64,000 bases of DNA, from the IMG/VR virus record IMGVR_UViG_3300045988_084999; one strand, written 5' to 3'. This DNA comes from a virus. Below, one piece after another: positions 37,398 through 48,122 of the stretch; position 1 is the stretch's first letter; the number at the start of each line of letters is the position of its first letter. Below the pieces are notes generated by a model. The model saw nothing but the letters and a program-made list of their open reading frames with translations. It was not told the DNA's origin and did no database searches. The position numbers and the translations under genes are program-made.

Positions 37398-38035
37398 AAT
37401 TTAATCAATTCCTCTCTTGTTTTATTGTATTTATATTATATGATATTTTTTGAGTAAAGTCAAGAAAATTTCTTGTAATTTACAAAACACAATGGACTAC
37501 ATACCATTTAGGTTCTCGCATAATGTTTAACGCGCCCAAAATGTTTTTAAGTTCACTGGTTTCAAGATTGTTATTAGAGAAAGTGATTTCTCTAATTGTC
37601 CCTTCTTCAACGTCATCGCCTACTTGAATACCAATTACAATATCTTCATCATTATCATAGTAGTTAGCTCTGTGAATAAAATCGCAATTTTTATCACAAA
37701 ATTCATCATCCTTCTGATTTAAGACATTGATTTCGTCATTTTCAAGACGAACTCCATAGACGATTTTAGTAAAATAGCTAACGCTCATTACAAGAAATCT
37801 CCTTTCCTACTTTCTATATTTATTATAACTTATTTTTTTGTTTTTTGCAAACCGATTCCTTGACTAAAGTGGTAATTTTTATGTCAAATATCTCTAATGA
37901 AAAGGATTAGATTTGTAATCCAACAAGTTGCGGAGATGCTATATAAGACTGCGTGAAGCATTGTTGGTGAAGAATACAGAAGTATTAGAGACGAAAAGAC
38001 AAGGAACATATATAGTATTAGCAGCAGAGTAGTTT

Positions 38036-38518
38036 TCATTTCATTTTAACCCATTCCTTATTTCTAGCTTTTTTATCGAGTAAGGTAGACAAATCCGCAG
38101 GTTTCTTCATATGACGGTCATCTCCATCACGGAATTCATCCCAACCGAGCAGGAGATACTTCAGATGCTCAGGAGCATCATCAGGGAAAATATCGGTAGA
38201 AGCGATATACCAACCAATCCCTACGGCATATCTAGCTACGGACTCCCGCAACCAATCTTCGTCAGCGGCCTTATTTCCACGAATTACAAGAATAGGCCCA
38301 TTGTCAAAGCCGCGAGCATGCTTTAGACCATCATAGCCTTTATCGGTATCAACAATCTTCTTACCATAGGCTTTTGCATATTCTGCATCGCTATAGTAGC
38401 GAACATCTCGATGATTCTTAGTATTTGGATGCTCTACAGTAACATAATATTTACCATTTTTAATAAAAGGCTCTTCAGTAATGCGCTTATAGGACTGAAA
38501 ACTAGGTGCAACAGGCAT
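38036..38518 (-). CDS. Hypothetical protein
   Basis: 160 aa. Confidence 0.35.
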   Translation of the reverse strand: MPVAPSFQSYKRITEEPFIKNGKYYVTVEHPNTKNHRDVRYYSDAEYAKAYGKKIVDTDKGYDGLKHARGFDNGPILVIRGNKAADEDWLRESVARYAVGIGWYIASTDIFPDDAPEHLKYLLLGWDEFRDGDDRHMKKPADLSTLLDKKARNKEWVKMK

Positions 38519-39220
38519 AATTTAAACCTCCTTAATGATTTTCACGAATTTCATTAAGCGCGTTCTTGCTCAAGCTAATACAACCTTCGCAATCCCAGGG
38601 GATAATTTTTACAGAATTTAAATTTTCCTCGCCGTAGTAATCAGCTACATTTCTGAGAGCTTCAGCGAAGTCGTTACCGTATGTAATGCCCTGATAAGTC
38701 TTTACTTGAAACTCCTCGAACATTTCTACCTCGTATTCATAGTAATTCTTCATCTTTTGATACTCCTTTCCTCATCTTCTATAATTATTATATCATTATT
38801 TTTTAATTTTTGCAAAAGAAAAAGAGCTTCCTTTAAGGAAGCTCTTTGCTAGTTAATAAAGTTTTAAGATGCCTCTTCTTTGATTTTATAATCATAATCA
38901 AGATTTTTGAGAAATTCGCCAAAATCATATCCAGAAATAATTCTACCGAATTTTGCGATAAATTGAGTTTGTGCGAAAAGAATAGCAAGCCTATATGCCT
39001 CGTCCGCAATCATATACTCAGGAGTTTCTCTATCAATAGGGAAATGGCTCTCGAAAGTTTTATTTTCGATAGAACAAGTAATAATAGCAGTCATGGCATT
39101 TACTTCCTTTCTTATTTTATATATTTATTATATATTATAATAAATATAATTGCAACAAGAGAAAAATAGAAGATGCGCGGGTAGGCGAGATTGGAAATTC
39201 TCCAATCTCGCCTATTAGGA

Positions 39221-40093
39221 TTACTTAGATGTGTCTCCAGTGAGGAAGCTAAAAGGATTAGAGTTGCCCATCATGGTAGAGAGCATAAACATCTTACCCA
39301 TATCGCTGCTGTTGCCGTCACTGTCGCCAAAAACCATGTTAGCCATCATCATAGGCATGAGATTGCCGAAGGGCTGATCAGGAGAAGGAGCAGTATTACC
39401 AAAATTAATGATAGGCATAATCTTGGTAATAAAATTGAAGCCAAAAGGATTAGAGGTAGGAATTACAGTCTTAACCTCAGATTCCAAGATATCTACGACT
39501 TCAATATTACTGCCGTCAACCGCAGATACAAACATAGGATGATGCTTATGAATAATCATATCGCCCTCTTTGACGGCAGAGGCTGCGACAGGCATACGAT
39601 ATACCATGTTCTGGAAGGAGAAGGTAAAGCCAGTCACATCAATGGTCTGCTTAGTAGCAGGATTATAGGTAAAATACTCACCCTTAGAATTACGAATAGC
39701 CAAGCCATAAGGAGAAAAAGCTACCTCATCCCCGCAAGGGCCAAAATCAAAGTTCATATTAAAGCCTTTTCGAGTAGTGTTTCCGCTTTTGTTGGGCATA
39801 GGCGCATTGATGTTAGAATTGGTGTCAACCATATGAATAGTCCTTTCTTTAACAAGATAAGCGAATCCATCAGTTACAGGGATCGCGCTGGTAATATCGG
39901 TTCGGGTGTCAGTTAAATAGAGCATAGAGTTTTTATCTGTAATCTCTATTTTGACTATATAATCGGTACTAGTATTACTTAGTTTCTTTAGGGTTCTCCA
40001 CGAATCATACGAAATTTTATTATAACCGAATTTAACTTTTTCGGCGTATTCGGTAAGGATAAGATTTATAAGACTTGAATTGAGGATATACAT
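39221..40093 (-). CDS. Hypothetical protein
   Basis: 290 aa. The antisense ORF 39191..39916 is rejected. Confidence 0.4.
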   Translation of the reverse strand: MYILNSSLINLILTEYAEKVKFGYNKISYDSWRTLKKLSNTSTDYIVKIEITDKNSMLYLTDTRTDITSAIPVTDGFAYLVKERTIHMVDTNSNINAPMPNKSGNTTRKGFNMNFDFGPCGDEVAFSPYGLAIRNSKGEYFTYNPATKQTIDVTGFTFSFQNMVYRMPVAASAVKEGDMIIHKHHPMFVSAVDGSNIEVVDILESEVKTVIPTSNPFGFNFITKIMPIINFGNTAPSPDQPFGNLMPMMMANMVFGDSDGNSSDMGKMFMLSTMMGNSNPFSFLTGDTSK

Positions 40094-40096
40094 ATC

Positions 40097-40633
40097 TTAT
40101 ACCTTCAGTCTCTTGTTGAGTTCAGCAATTAGCTCCTCGTTAGTAAAGTCACTAAGAGATTTCCCATTTTTATCAAGAATGAAAGCCGGCGCCAGTCCGT
40201 GGCTGTGGTTGTAGCTGACGTTGAGCGCAGATCCATCGCCGGTGACAAAGCAAACGTGGTTCGAGGCCCAATTATCCTTTTCAGGGCTTCCCCAAGGAGT
40301 AACAAGCCAGAACCAATTCTTGATATGAGGAGTTAGAATATGATTATACTTGCGATATTCGTCGAAGGTAAGGGGTGCAACAGCGGTATTTAGCGAACCA
40401 TATCCTTTATATCCATCCATTGCGGTCAGGTCGACATCGCGCGGAATAGCCTTGATGCCAGTTTTCTTAAGCCAAGCCTCAGCGCCCTTCCGCAATGTAC
40501 TCTCTTTATAGTTATTAGAATTTCCAAAAACAAAATCAATTCCTACTTCAAGTGCAATTACGAAGGGGTTACCATCAATTTCGTCAAGAACAAGGCACTT
40601 TACTCCATTTACAGTAATAGTCTTTCCAATCAT
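40097..40633 (-). CDS. Hypothetical protein
   Basis: Start at MIGKTITVNG, which has an RBS. Confidence 0.35.
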   Translation of the reverse strand: MIGKTITVNGVKCLVLDEIDGNPFVIALEVGIDFVFGNSNNYKESTLRKGAEAWLKKTGIKAIPRDVDLTAMDGYKGYGSLNTAVAPLTFDEYRKYNHILTPHIKNWFWLVTPWGSPEKDNWASNHVCFVTGDGSALNVSYNHSHGLAPAFILDKNGKSLSDFTNEELIAELNKRLKV

Positions 40634-40844
40634 ATTTCTCTTCCTTTCTTTAATTAGAATACTCTTCAACCATTTGAGAAAGCATATCAATTTCATCATC
40701 TGTTATGTTATCAAAAAAGATACCGTATTTTGCGCAGATTTGAGCTTGCTGAGATGGATCGTTCATAGTCCATGGCTTTGAAGCTAATTCTCGAGCAGCC
40801 AGTTCAAAAGCGCCAGTGTATGCGAGAAATGACATATCCATATT

Positions 40845-41279
40845 TTACACCTCCTCTATAGAATCAAATTCATGAATTAAGATTGTTCCATCACTGATTT
40901 TTTCTGCGCAAACAATGTGTTTAATTTCATATTTATTTTCATCGGGACAGTAAACAATATGTCCACTTTTTAGCAAGGAAAGAAAGTCACTTTGATAGTA
41001 AGTACGACCTCCGAACTCGTTGCAAATTTTAAGGCGAATTTTATATCCTTCATCAACAGAATAGAGATCTCTTACATTATTATCTACTTCGCATAACCGC
41101 CAAGTTGGGTCTCCATTATTAATGCTGACTCCAAGAACCGGAATAGGACTATAAGTTTCTTGAATAGCGAAGAATTTAGCTCTTTTGAGTTGGTCTGTAT
41201 CAGAAAAGCCGAGGAACTCGCAGATTCTTACAGTGGAGTTCTTATATCCTTCTGATTTAATCAGTTCACTAATCTTCAT
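40845..41279 (-). CDS. Hypothetical protein
   Basis: 144 aa, with promoter motif upstream. Confidence 0.35.
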   Translation of the reverse strand: MKISELIKSEGYKNSTVRICEFLGFSDTDQLKRAKFFAIQETYSPIPVLGVSINNGDPTWRLCEVDNNVRDLYSVDEGYKIRLKICNEFGGRTYYQSDFLSLLKSGHIVYCPDENKYEIKHIVCAEKISDGTILIHEFDSIEEV

Positions 41280-41368
41280 AACTTTTACTTCCTTTCCTTA
41301 ACTTTCTATATATATTATATAATAATTTTATAAAAAAATAAAGACGCTCTTTTAAGAGCGTCTTTATT

Positions 41369-41881
41369 TTACTCAAGGTCGATTACATAATTCTCTTGGA
41401 TAAATGAATCTTCTGGAATATAGATGGTATACTCGGTAGACCATGGCCCAAGCAGGAAATTCAAAACTGGGTTTTTAAAACGGATTTTGTTTTCTTCTAT
41501 GTATGGGGCATCATCTGTATTCTTAATATAGGACTGATCTGCCTCAATAGATTTGGCGGTTATACCTTTATCTGTTTGATACAGGAATGAGTAATAGAGC
41601 CCATCTTCTGTATAATAACGGCCTACGTAAGAACTAAAATTATCACTCAAAGCAGTAATAGAATATGTTTGAGTGGTTTTTGCAGAATAAGTTGCAGGTT
41701 CAATAAAAATAACAATACCACAAATTATAATCGCAAATAAGAAAGCGATAAACGCTGAAAGTACAACTCCGAGAATTGTAGAGAATAGATATTCTGCAAA
41801 AGAGTCACAGTCTTTATATAATACTATAAGCGATGTAACCATGAGTAATATAAAGAATCCAATAGCTAATGGCATGAGCAA
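41369..41881 (-). CDS. Membrane protein (two N-terminal TM helices)
   Basis: MLMPLAIGFFILLMVTSLIVL… and AFIAFLFAIIICGIVIFI. Confidence 0.4.
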   Translation of the reverse strand: MLMPLAIGFFILLMVTSLIVLYKDCDSFAEYLFSTILGVVLSAFIAFLFAIIICGIVIFIEPATYSAKTTQTYSITALSDNFSSYVGRYYTEDGLYYSFLYQTDKGITAKSIEADQSYIKNTDDAPYIEENKIRFKNPVLNFLLGPWSTEYTIYIPEDSFIQENYVIDLE

Positions 41882-42051
41882 AACCTCTTTTCTTATTTAT
41901 ATAAATATATTACCATATTTTATTAAGATACGCAAGTAAATCTTATGGATTATAACGAACCGTCATAATTTCTCACGGATGCGGGAATTTTTTAGGCAGA
42001 GAAATTGGCAATCCCGCGGTAATTTTAATAAAATGGTCATAGAGGTATTTT

Positions 42052-42135
42052 TGTCCAAAATTTTCTAACGAGTGTCCAAAAATTTCTAATAAAGTGTCCG
42101 ATTTTTTCTAATGACTTGTCCAAAATTTTCTAATG
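42052..42135 (+). promoter_or_regulatory. Four direct repeats of TGTCCAAAATTTTCTAA (operator-like) upstream of a plus-strand RHH-regulator gene
   Basis: Copies at about 42052, 42074, 42099 and 42117, spaced about 22 nt apart. Confidence 0.45.
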
Positions 42136-42244
42136 GATTGATTGTTCTATTGTTTATAATTTTAGAAAAAAGTTTAACAAATTTTAGGACAAAACCAGAA
42201 AATTATGTTATAATAAAAGTAAAGAATAGTAGAGAGGTGATTTT

Positions 42245-42388
42245 ATGAATTATTCCACTGTTTCTGTTAGATTAACAGAGGAAGAGAAGAAAGATTTGGA
42301 AGTCTTTGCTAAGAGTTGTGATTTAACAATGTCTTAGGTAATTAGAAAGGCTGTTAAAGAATATATTGAGAAAAATAAAATAGACTAA
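42245..42388 (+). CDS. Ribbon-helix-helix (CopG/Arc-like) DNA-binding protein with one in-frame TAG
   Basis: MNYSTVSVRLTEEEKKDLEVFAKSCDLTMS-TAG-VIRKAVKEYIEKNKID. RBS AGAGAGGTG. Confidence 0.4.
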
Positions 42389-42403
42389 AGGAGATTAAAC
42401 TAA

Positions 42404-42625
42404 ATGACTAATGATACTTATAAAGTTTTTACGGTAAAGTTAGCACGCAAACTTTGTGATCTTGGTTTTATTATTGTTGGAACTGTTCCTAATGTTTAGA
42501 AACCTTGGTTAAATGTTTATCTTTTTGAAGATAGTTAGGATTTAAGGGATGCAGTTTAGAAGTATAAAGGGATAAGTTCGCTATTGGAGGATGATTGCCA
42601 TGGCAGACAAAAGAAGAAGTCCTAA
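42404..42625 (+). CDS. Hypothetical small protein with 3 in-frame TAGs
   Basis: MTNDTYKVFTVKLARKLCDLGFIIVGTVPNV-TAG-KPWLNVYLFEDS-TAG-DLRDAV-TAG-KYKG…. Confidence 0.3.
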
Positions 42626-42989
42626 TTAGCGAACTATTAATCATATTCATAAGGAACCATGTGATACTAATAATATATATGCTAGGATTAATAAGGAAGC
42701 GTTATTTGCGGCCCGTAGAGAGTTGACAGATGGAGAGTTCTCTTTGTGGATATTTTTTGCTAGTCAATCTGAGAGGTTAACTGATTATGATTTTGGGCCT
42801 ACTATTATAGAAAAAGAGCTTGGTATAAAGAGAGCGAAATATACAAGTGCAGTAGATGGATTGGTAAAAAAGGGATATTTAGTTCCAGTTGAGAGAAAAG
42901 GATATTACGATTTTTACGAGATTCCTATTGATAGTGACGACGATAAGTATAATTATATAGCTCCAGATGGAGAGAAATTTTCTTTTTAA
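42600..42989 (+). CDS. Putative replication-initiator/winged-helix protein adjacent to iterons (contains TAG)
   Basis: In frame with ORF 42723..42989 (…ARRELTDGEFSLWIFFASQSERLTDYDFGPTIIEKELGIKRAKYTSAVDGLVKKGYLVP…). Functional call by context only. Confidence 0.3.
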
Positions 42990-42994
42990 TCGTA

Positions 42995-43260
42995 TTTCTG
43001 CAATACTATGAAAAATTTCATGTATTTCTGAGAATACTATGATTTCATCATATTGTGAAAAAGCTATGAAATTTTCATGTATTTGTTGGAAAGCGATGAA
43101 ATTGTTTTCATGGTATTCTGATAATACTATGAAATTAAATAAAAAGGATTTTCATAGCTTTCCAACAATACCATGTCATAGTATTCTGACAATACCATGA
43201 AAGTAAATAAAAATCCATTTCATGGTATTCTGACAATACAACAAATATAACATATATTAG
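42995..43260. repeat. Iteron-like repeat block (AATACTATGAAA and CATGGTATTCTGACAATAC motifs, each recurring several times); candidate replication origin
   Basis: The motifs ttcatgtatttctgagaatactatga, catggtattctgataatactatgaaa, catagtattctgacaataccatgaaa and catggtattctgacaatac all fall within about 270 nt. Confidence 0.45.
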
Positions 43261-43332
43261 ATAACAGAGTTAAGATAACAGTCGCGACTTTTTTATGTAT
43301 TTGTGAAAAAGCGATGAGTAGGAGGATTAAGG

Positions 43333-43723
43333 CATGGAAGTATTTAAACCGATTAAGGTAGAAAATTATCAATTCATGAAGAATGGATTAAATTAGTATG
43401 AACCAGTATTAGTTTACTTTAAAGATGATGAAGAAGAAGGCAAGGTATATTTTGTAAAGAATAAATTTGATGATAAGTTAGAAGAATGGATGGAAGAGAA
43501 TTTAAAGGTAGAAGGAAGAAGTAGAGTTATAGTAGATAAGTATCATAATAGGATAAGTATAGATGTTTTTACTCAAGATTTAGAGGACTCTATAACCGAT
43601 TTAGAAAAACGAATTGAAAAGTTAGAAGAAGGTTTTAGAGAAATCGAATTGAAAAATCGAGATAAAAATGGAGAGATATATGATTTGGTTGGAAGGATAA
43701 GAGAGATAAATAGAACTGGATAG
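43333..43723 (+). CDS. Hypothetical protein with one in-frame TAG
   Basis: MEVFKPIKVENYQFMKNGLN-TAG-YEPVLVYFKDD… is in frame with ORF 43490..43723. Confidence 0.35.
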
Positions 43724-43803
43724 AGATGTAGATTATCTTTATATGAAGATTGAAAGAAATTAAAGGAAATTAAAAGAAGTTTATAAAATGATGGAGTTGG
43801 GTG

Positions 43804-45122
43804 CCGATCGGGTCTAGGTACGAACCATCACAACACTCGTCACAACGATCGTAAACCTAGCCTTCCGCGATTATAATATATATAAAAAAGGAGAGAAGCT
43901 ACAATACTTCTCTCTCCTTTAATCTTTTTCCTCTTGTTACTTTAAATGCTTCAAAAACTCCATAATACTATCTTCATCAGACTTAGTATTACCCTTAACC
44001 TGAGGCACACTCTTTGCGAGAGCATCAGAAATAGAGTCAACAGCAATGTCAATTACTTCATCAAGACTCTTTGCATTGACTACTCGAGCGGAAGTCTTAG
44101 CAGTTACAGTCATAGCCTGCATAAACTGCTTAATATCATTTGCTGTCCACTTAGGATTGCTCTTGCTATAAACCAGCGCAGCTACACGACCAACGTCATC
44201 CTCAGTGAGAGACAAATCATCAACATTGCCATAAAAAGTAGACTCAATCTCATCCAGAAGAATATCTCGTTCATGGTCTGCGGCGTTAGCCTCGGAGATT
44301 CTATTCATAGCATCAGTAAATGCCTTTGCAATCTCCTCCTGAGTAGAACCATTCTGCATTGCATCACGAATCATAATCTCATAACTATTCATAATAAGTT
44401 CTTTTAGTTAGAAAAAGCGTTATGATGCTTCTTAAACTAAAATCCTCCTTTTCTTTATCTTATGTATATATTATATTATATTTTTTATATATTGTCGAAC
44501 CGATCGGGTCTAGATAAAAAGATCGCTTTAACGGAATCCCGCGGAAAAGATTTTTCCTTTTCAAATAGTTAGCAACATCTTTACTATTGTTTGCTGTATC
44601 TTTAATGGTTTTAATTCTGTGAATATCAAGAAATTTTGAGAAAAACGAGGCATTTTTTGCTTATTTTTAAGTAAATTTGTTAGAAAAACGCGCATTTTTG
44701 CAAGATTTTAGAGGTTTTTTGTTATATTTTGCGATAACAAGAGGTAAAAGATCGCGGGCCGATCGGTTTATCTAGCTAAAATCTCTATTTTTGAGCTATT
44801 TTTATCATAAAATCGTGTTAAACCGATCGGTTCCGCGAAAGAAATCTCTGGTCGTATTTGTTTTTCATAGCTATATCTTTGCTATTGCTAGTTGTATTTT
44901 AGAAAGTTTTGGTACTGTGAATACTTGACAATTTTAAGATTTTTATTATAAAAAATTGGACGAGAGAGCCAATATTGCTGGACCGATCGGAACTAGATAA
45001 AGAAAGAAGTAAAGTAGGGCCGATCGGTGTTTGAAAGATGGCGTTATGAATTTTGGGAAAATTGCTATGAAGTTGCGTTATGGCCAAGTTGCTATGAAAA
45101 TTTTGCGCTATGGTCCGATCGG
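43804..45122. repeat. Array of seven copies of the 8-bp GC palindrome CCGATCGG (several extended as CCGATCGG-n-TCTAGATAAA) in the largest non-coding stretch
   Basis: Copies at 43804, 44500, 44759, 44823, 44983, 45020 and 45115. The genome is about 33% GC, so this is strongly non-random. Confidence 0.5.
43937..44392 (-). CDS. Hypothetical protein
   Basis: 151 aa, with promoter motif upstream. Confidence 0.35.
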   Translation of the reverse strand: MNSYEIMIRDAMQNGSTQEEIAKAFTDAMNRISEANAADHERDILLDEIESTFYGNVDDLSLTEDDVGRVAALVYSKSNPKWTANDIKQFMQAMTVTAKTSARVVNAKSLDEVIDIAVDSISDALAKSVPQVKGNTKSDEDSIMEFLKHLK

Positions 45123-45206
45123 GGAAATTCGGGCCGAGTCGCCCGCGACCGGCCCGTCGAGTTTAGAAAATATAAAATAAAAAGAGAGGCCAAAGCCTCT
45201 CTTTTC

Positions 45207-45458
45207 TTAATCCTCGTTTTCTAAATTGATTTCTCCTATACAGTTACACCGTATCGGAGATTCAAAAACAAATTCATCTCCATATCCAACGATAGTTATT
45301 TCTCCATACTTTTTACAATACTCGTCTATCTTTTCGATTAGACTATTCCAATCTTTCTCTTGCGCTTTTTGTTTTCTAAGTGCCACTTCTTTATAGGCGG
45401 TAGCACTCAACCATTGCAACTCCTCATCATTCAGTTTGTTGAAATCAATATCAACCAT
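45207..45458 (-). CDS. Hypothetical protein
   Basis: 83 aa. Confidence 0.3.
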   Translation of the reverse strand: MVDIDFNKLNDEELQWLSATAYKEVALRKQKAQEKDWNSLIEKIDEYCKKYGEITIVGYGDEFVFESPIRCNCIGEINLENED

Positions 45459-45475
45459 CTAAAAATCTCCTTTCT

Positions 45476-45964
45476 TTAATGAAAAATCTCAGCCGGAATT
45501 TCACTAAAAACTTGCTTAAATTGCTCCATAGTCAGTTCTCTTGCCGCTCTCTCGACCCTTTCTTTTGCCCAGTCGCAAACCATTTCACAAGAAATAAATT
45601 TAATTTCATACCCGGTAATGGCGTAGATTTTAGGCGACCACTCAAATCTTTTTGTATCAGCCATATTTCCAGTTAAAATCATATATTCGCCGGTGGCTTG
45701 ATTTTCTTCTGACTGTTCAACCCAACATTGAACTATATTTTCAACATAGTTTTTCCCCGTTTTAACCGCTTCTTTTTCGGTTCGAGCATTGATTAAAAAG
45801 GTAGAAAGCATAATATCATCACGAAATGATACCGTAAATTTATAAGGCTTCTTAGAGAAGATACCCTTGCGACCTTCACACCAAAAGGTAACTTGAAAAT
45901 TAACACGAAATTGTTTCAGACTTTCCATTTCTTTTATCTCCTTTCCATGGTTAAATGATACCAC
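45476..45964 (-). CDS. Hypothetical protein
   Basis: 162 aa. Confidence 0.35.
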   Translation of the reverse strand: MVSFNHGKEIKEMESLKQFRVNFQVTFWCEGRKGIFSKKPYKFTVSFRDDIMLSTFLINARTEKEAVKTGKNYVENIVQCWVEQSEENQATGEYMILTGNMADTKRFEWSPKIYAITGYEIKFISCEMVCDWAKERVERAARELTMEQFKQVFSEIPAEIFH

Positions 45965-46118
45965 ATTTTTGGGAGAAAGTCAAGCTGTCAAGTTGCACAA
46001 ATTTTCAATTCAAAATTGTTGAAAATGACAATAGAAGAAAAAATCGGACCGCGGCGCACGCAAGCGGCCCGCCCAAAATTTTGCGTAAAAAAATCTCCCC
46101 ATAAGGGGAGATTTTTCT

Positions 46119-46450
46119 TTAATTGAGAATTATCGGGTATGCCTTGCGAATAACCACCGTAACCATGGCCGGGGGAGTGTCGCACAAGAAACGGTCATTT
46201 CTGATAAAACGACCAATTCCCATACTCTGCCACAAAGTTCGGTTTACATCCTCGTATCGTAGGGTATTATACTTGGAAAGTTTGATATGCCAATCATAGA
46301 TAAAGGAACCATCTTCCGGCATGGTGTAATCTAGCGCCCGCTTATAATTTCTCGTATGTTCTGCGGCTCTGCGCTCAAGGTCATTTGTCGTACCAATCTT
46401 GAGAATATAGCGCCCCTTTTTGTCGATATAATGTCCGACATATAGGAACT
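46119..46450 (-). CDS. GIY-YIG-like domain protein with no canonical in-frame ATG for its N-terminal motif (possible non-canonical start or a pseudogene)
   Basis: The frame of ORF 46119..46322 extends upstream as …EFLYVGHYIDKKGRYILKIGTTNDLERRAAEHTRNYKRALDYTMPEDGSF…. This is a GIY-YIG-like core that precedes the first ATG. Confidence 0.3.
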
Positions 46451-46525
46451 CTTTTCCCCTTGTCTGTAAACTAACTATAACTTGCCTCTTTTCTGGTAGG
46501 GTCGGGGTAGGCCGACCCTACCCCG

Positions 46526-46843
46526 TTATTTCTTCGGCTTACGCTTTTGTACAAGCGTCAACTCGAAACTATCCCCACCAATAGAAAACGCAATCTGTCT
46601 TTCTTTGTTAGTAATAGACAAGTCAGCGATAGAGAATTGACTGTTTTTTTCCAAAAACTCTGCCAATTCCGCAATTATACCGCCTTTCGTGGCGTTTGGC
46701 TTGCGTTGCCGTGTAGTGAACTTATATGCGGTTGGCTGTTTGCGCGTTCCAGCATGGGCAAACTTTTGAGCGATTTTCGCCTTTTCTGGCGGTAAATCGT
46801 ATTCAGTCTTTTTATCAGCCTCTACCGCCTTATCATAGGCCAA
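46526..46843 (-). CDS. Basic hypothetical protein
   Basis: 105 aa. Confidence 0.3.
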   Translation of the reverse strand: MAYDKAVEADKKTEYDLPPEKAKIAQKFAHAGTRKQPTAYKFTTRQRKPNATKGGIIAELAEFLEKNSQFSIADLSITNKERQIAFSIGGDSFELTLVQKRKPKK

Positions 46844-46981
46844 TAAATCTGCCTCCTCTTCCGGCGTTAATTGCAGGGCTTTATACCTTGCAATCCGTTC
46901 AGCGTCACTAATGCGACTGGATATAATATCACCCCCATATTATAAGTTAGGGCGGGGATTTTCACCCCGCCCTATACGGGG

Positions 46982-47392
46982 TTACGCCATCTTAAAGAGG
47001 GACTTGCCCTTCTTCTCCGTGCAGACTACTCGACCATCGAGTTTCAACTGCCGCACAAGAGCGGCGACCTTCTGGTTAGAATAGGCCGTCAGATCAGGAA
47101 TAGCCTTAAAAATTTCCGTGCAGGTCACGCCATCGGTATCGGCGTCCAGACCAGCCAGATACTCCATAATCTGCTCCTTAAAGTTTTCGTTCTCCTGCTG
47201 GGTGGGAGTCAGCTTCTTGTCACCGCTAGAGCTATTCTTCTTACGCAGAAGCTCCAGCTCATGGTCAATGACAGTAATAGCCACCTCGATGGTAGTGCCA
47301 TACTTTACCTCGCCGTCAGTCAAGAGGGCCTTAATATCTTCAAAACGCTGGGCCTTAGTAATGCGGATTTTCTTCTCGTCCATAATATACAT
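46982..47392 (-). CDS. Hypothetical protein
   Basis: 136 aa. Confidence 0.35.
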   Translation of the reverse strand: MYIMDEKKIRITKAQRFEDIKALLTDGEVKYGTTIEVAITVIDHELELLRKKNSSSGDKKLTPTQQENENFKEQIMEYLAGLDADTDGVTCTEIFKAIPDLTAYSNQKVAALVRQLKLDGRVVCTEKKGKSLFKMA

Positions 47393-48122
47393 CCTTTCTG
47401 GTTTTTAGGACTGTCCTTGTCCTTTGATTATATTGTACCACACTATTTGGTACTTGTCAAGAGGTTTTTCAAACTTTTTTCAAGAACTTTTGCCCTTTAC
47501 TTGTTTGCCCTCTCAACCTCCCTTATAGTGTAACACACTTTGGAAAGTTTGTCAAGCCCTTTTTATTTAATTTTCAAGGTACATTGCCTTGTTTTCTGTA
47601 CTTATTATAGCACATCTTCAAAGGCTTGTCAAGAGGTTTTTGAAAGATTTTTGAGAAATTCGCTGTCACTGTCTGCCGTTCGTCTCTCTCACTTTCTGAA
47701 TGTATTTTACCACAAGCAAAAGCAGATTGCAAGCGTCGAATTGCACAAAAAATCGGAATTTTGGGAGAGAGTTTTTGTGCAAAATTCTGCACAAAAACGG
47801 GACGAAATTTTTGTGCAACATTACCATTGAAAAATTCGGCCCGCGTCAGCCATCCGCGGGCCGTCGACCTTTTAGATATAAAAAAAAATAAGAGGGCTGT
47901 AAAGCCCTCTTAAATATCAATCATATAACTATAAACCATATCCCAAAGCGGCATATCATCCAGAAGGATATTTACAGTCAAAAGTCCGGTTTCTGTCGGC
48001 CCATCAACAAACCATCCCAGCCGCTGCATAAGGTGAATAACCTCATAGACATAATCGGGGTCAAGATGGTTAGTGGTAAACTGTCTTGAAAACATTTCTT
48101 TTCCTTTCTATCGGGCGGGGCT

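Noticed and set aside
39191-39916. 241-aa plus-strand ORF
   Set aside because: It is antisense to the 290-aa minus-strand gene, which has a promoter motif and RBS. The product is His/Arg-rich low complexity.
43804-45122. Possible CRISPR array suggested by regularly recurring CCGATCGG
   Set aside because: The repeat unit is only 8 bp, the spacing is irregular (37-696 nt), and there is no leader or cas context. It was interpreted as protein-binding sites instead.
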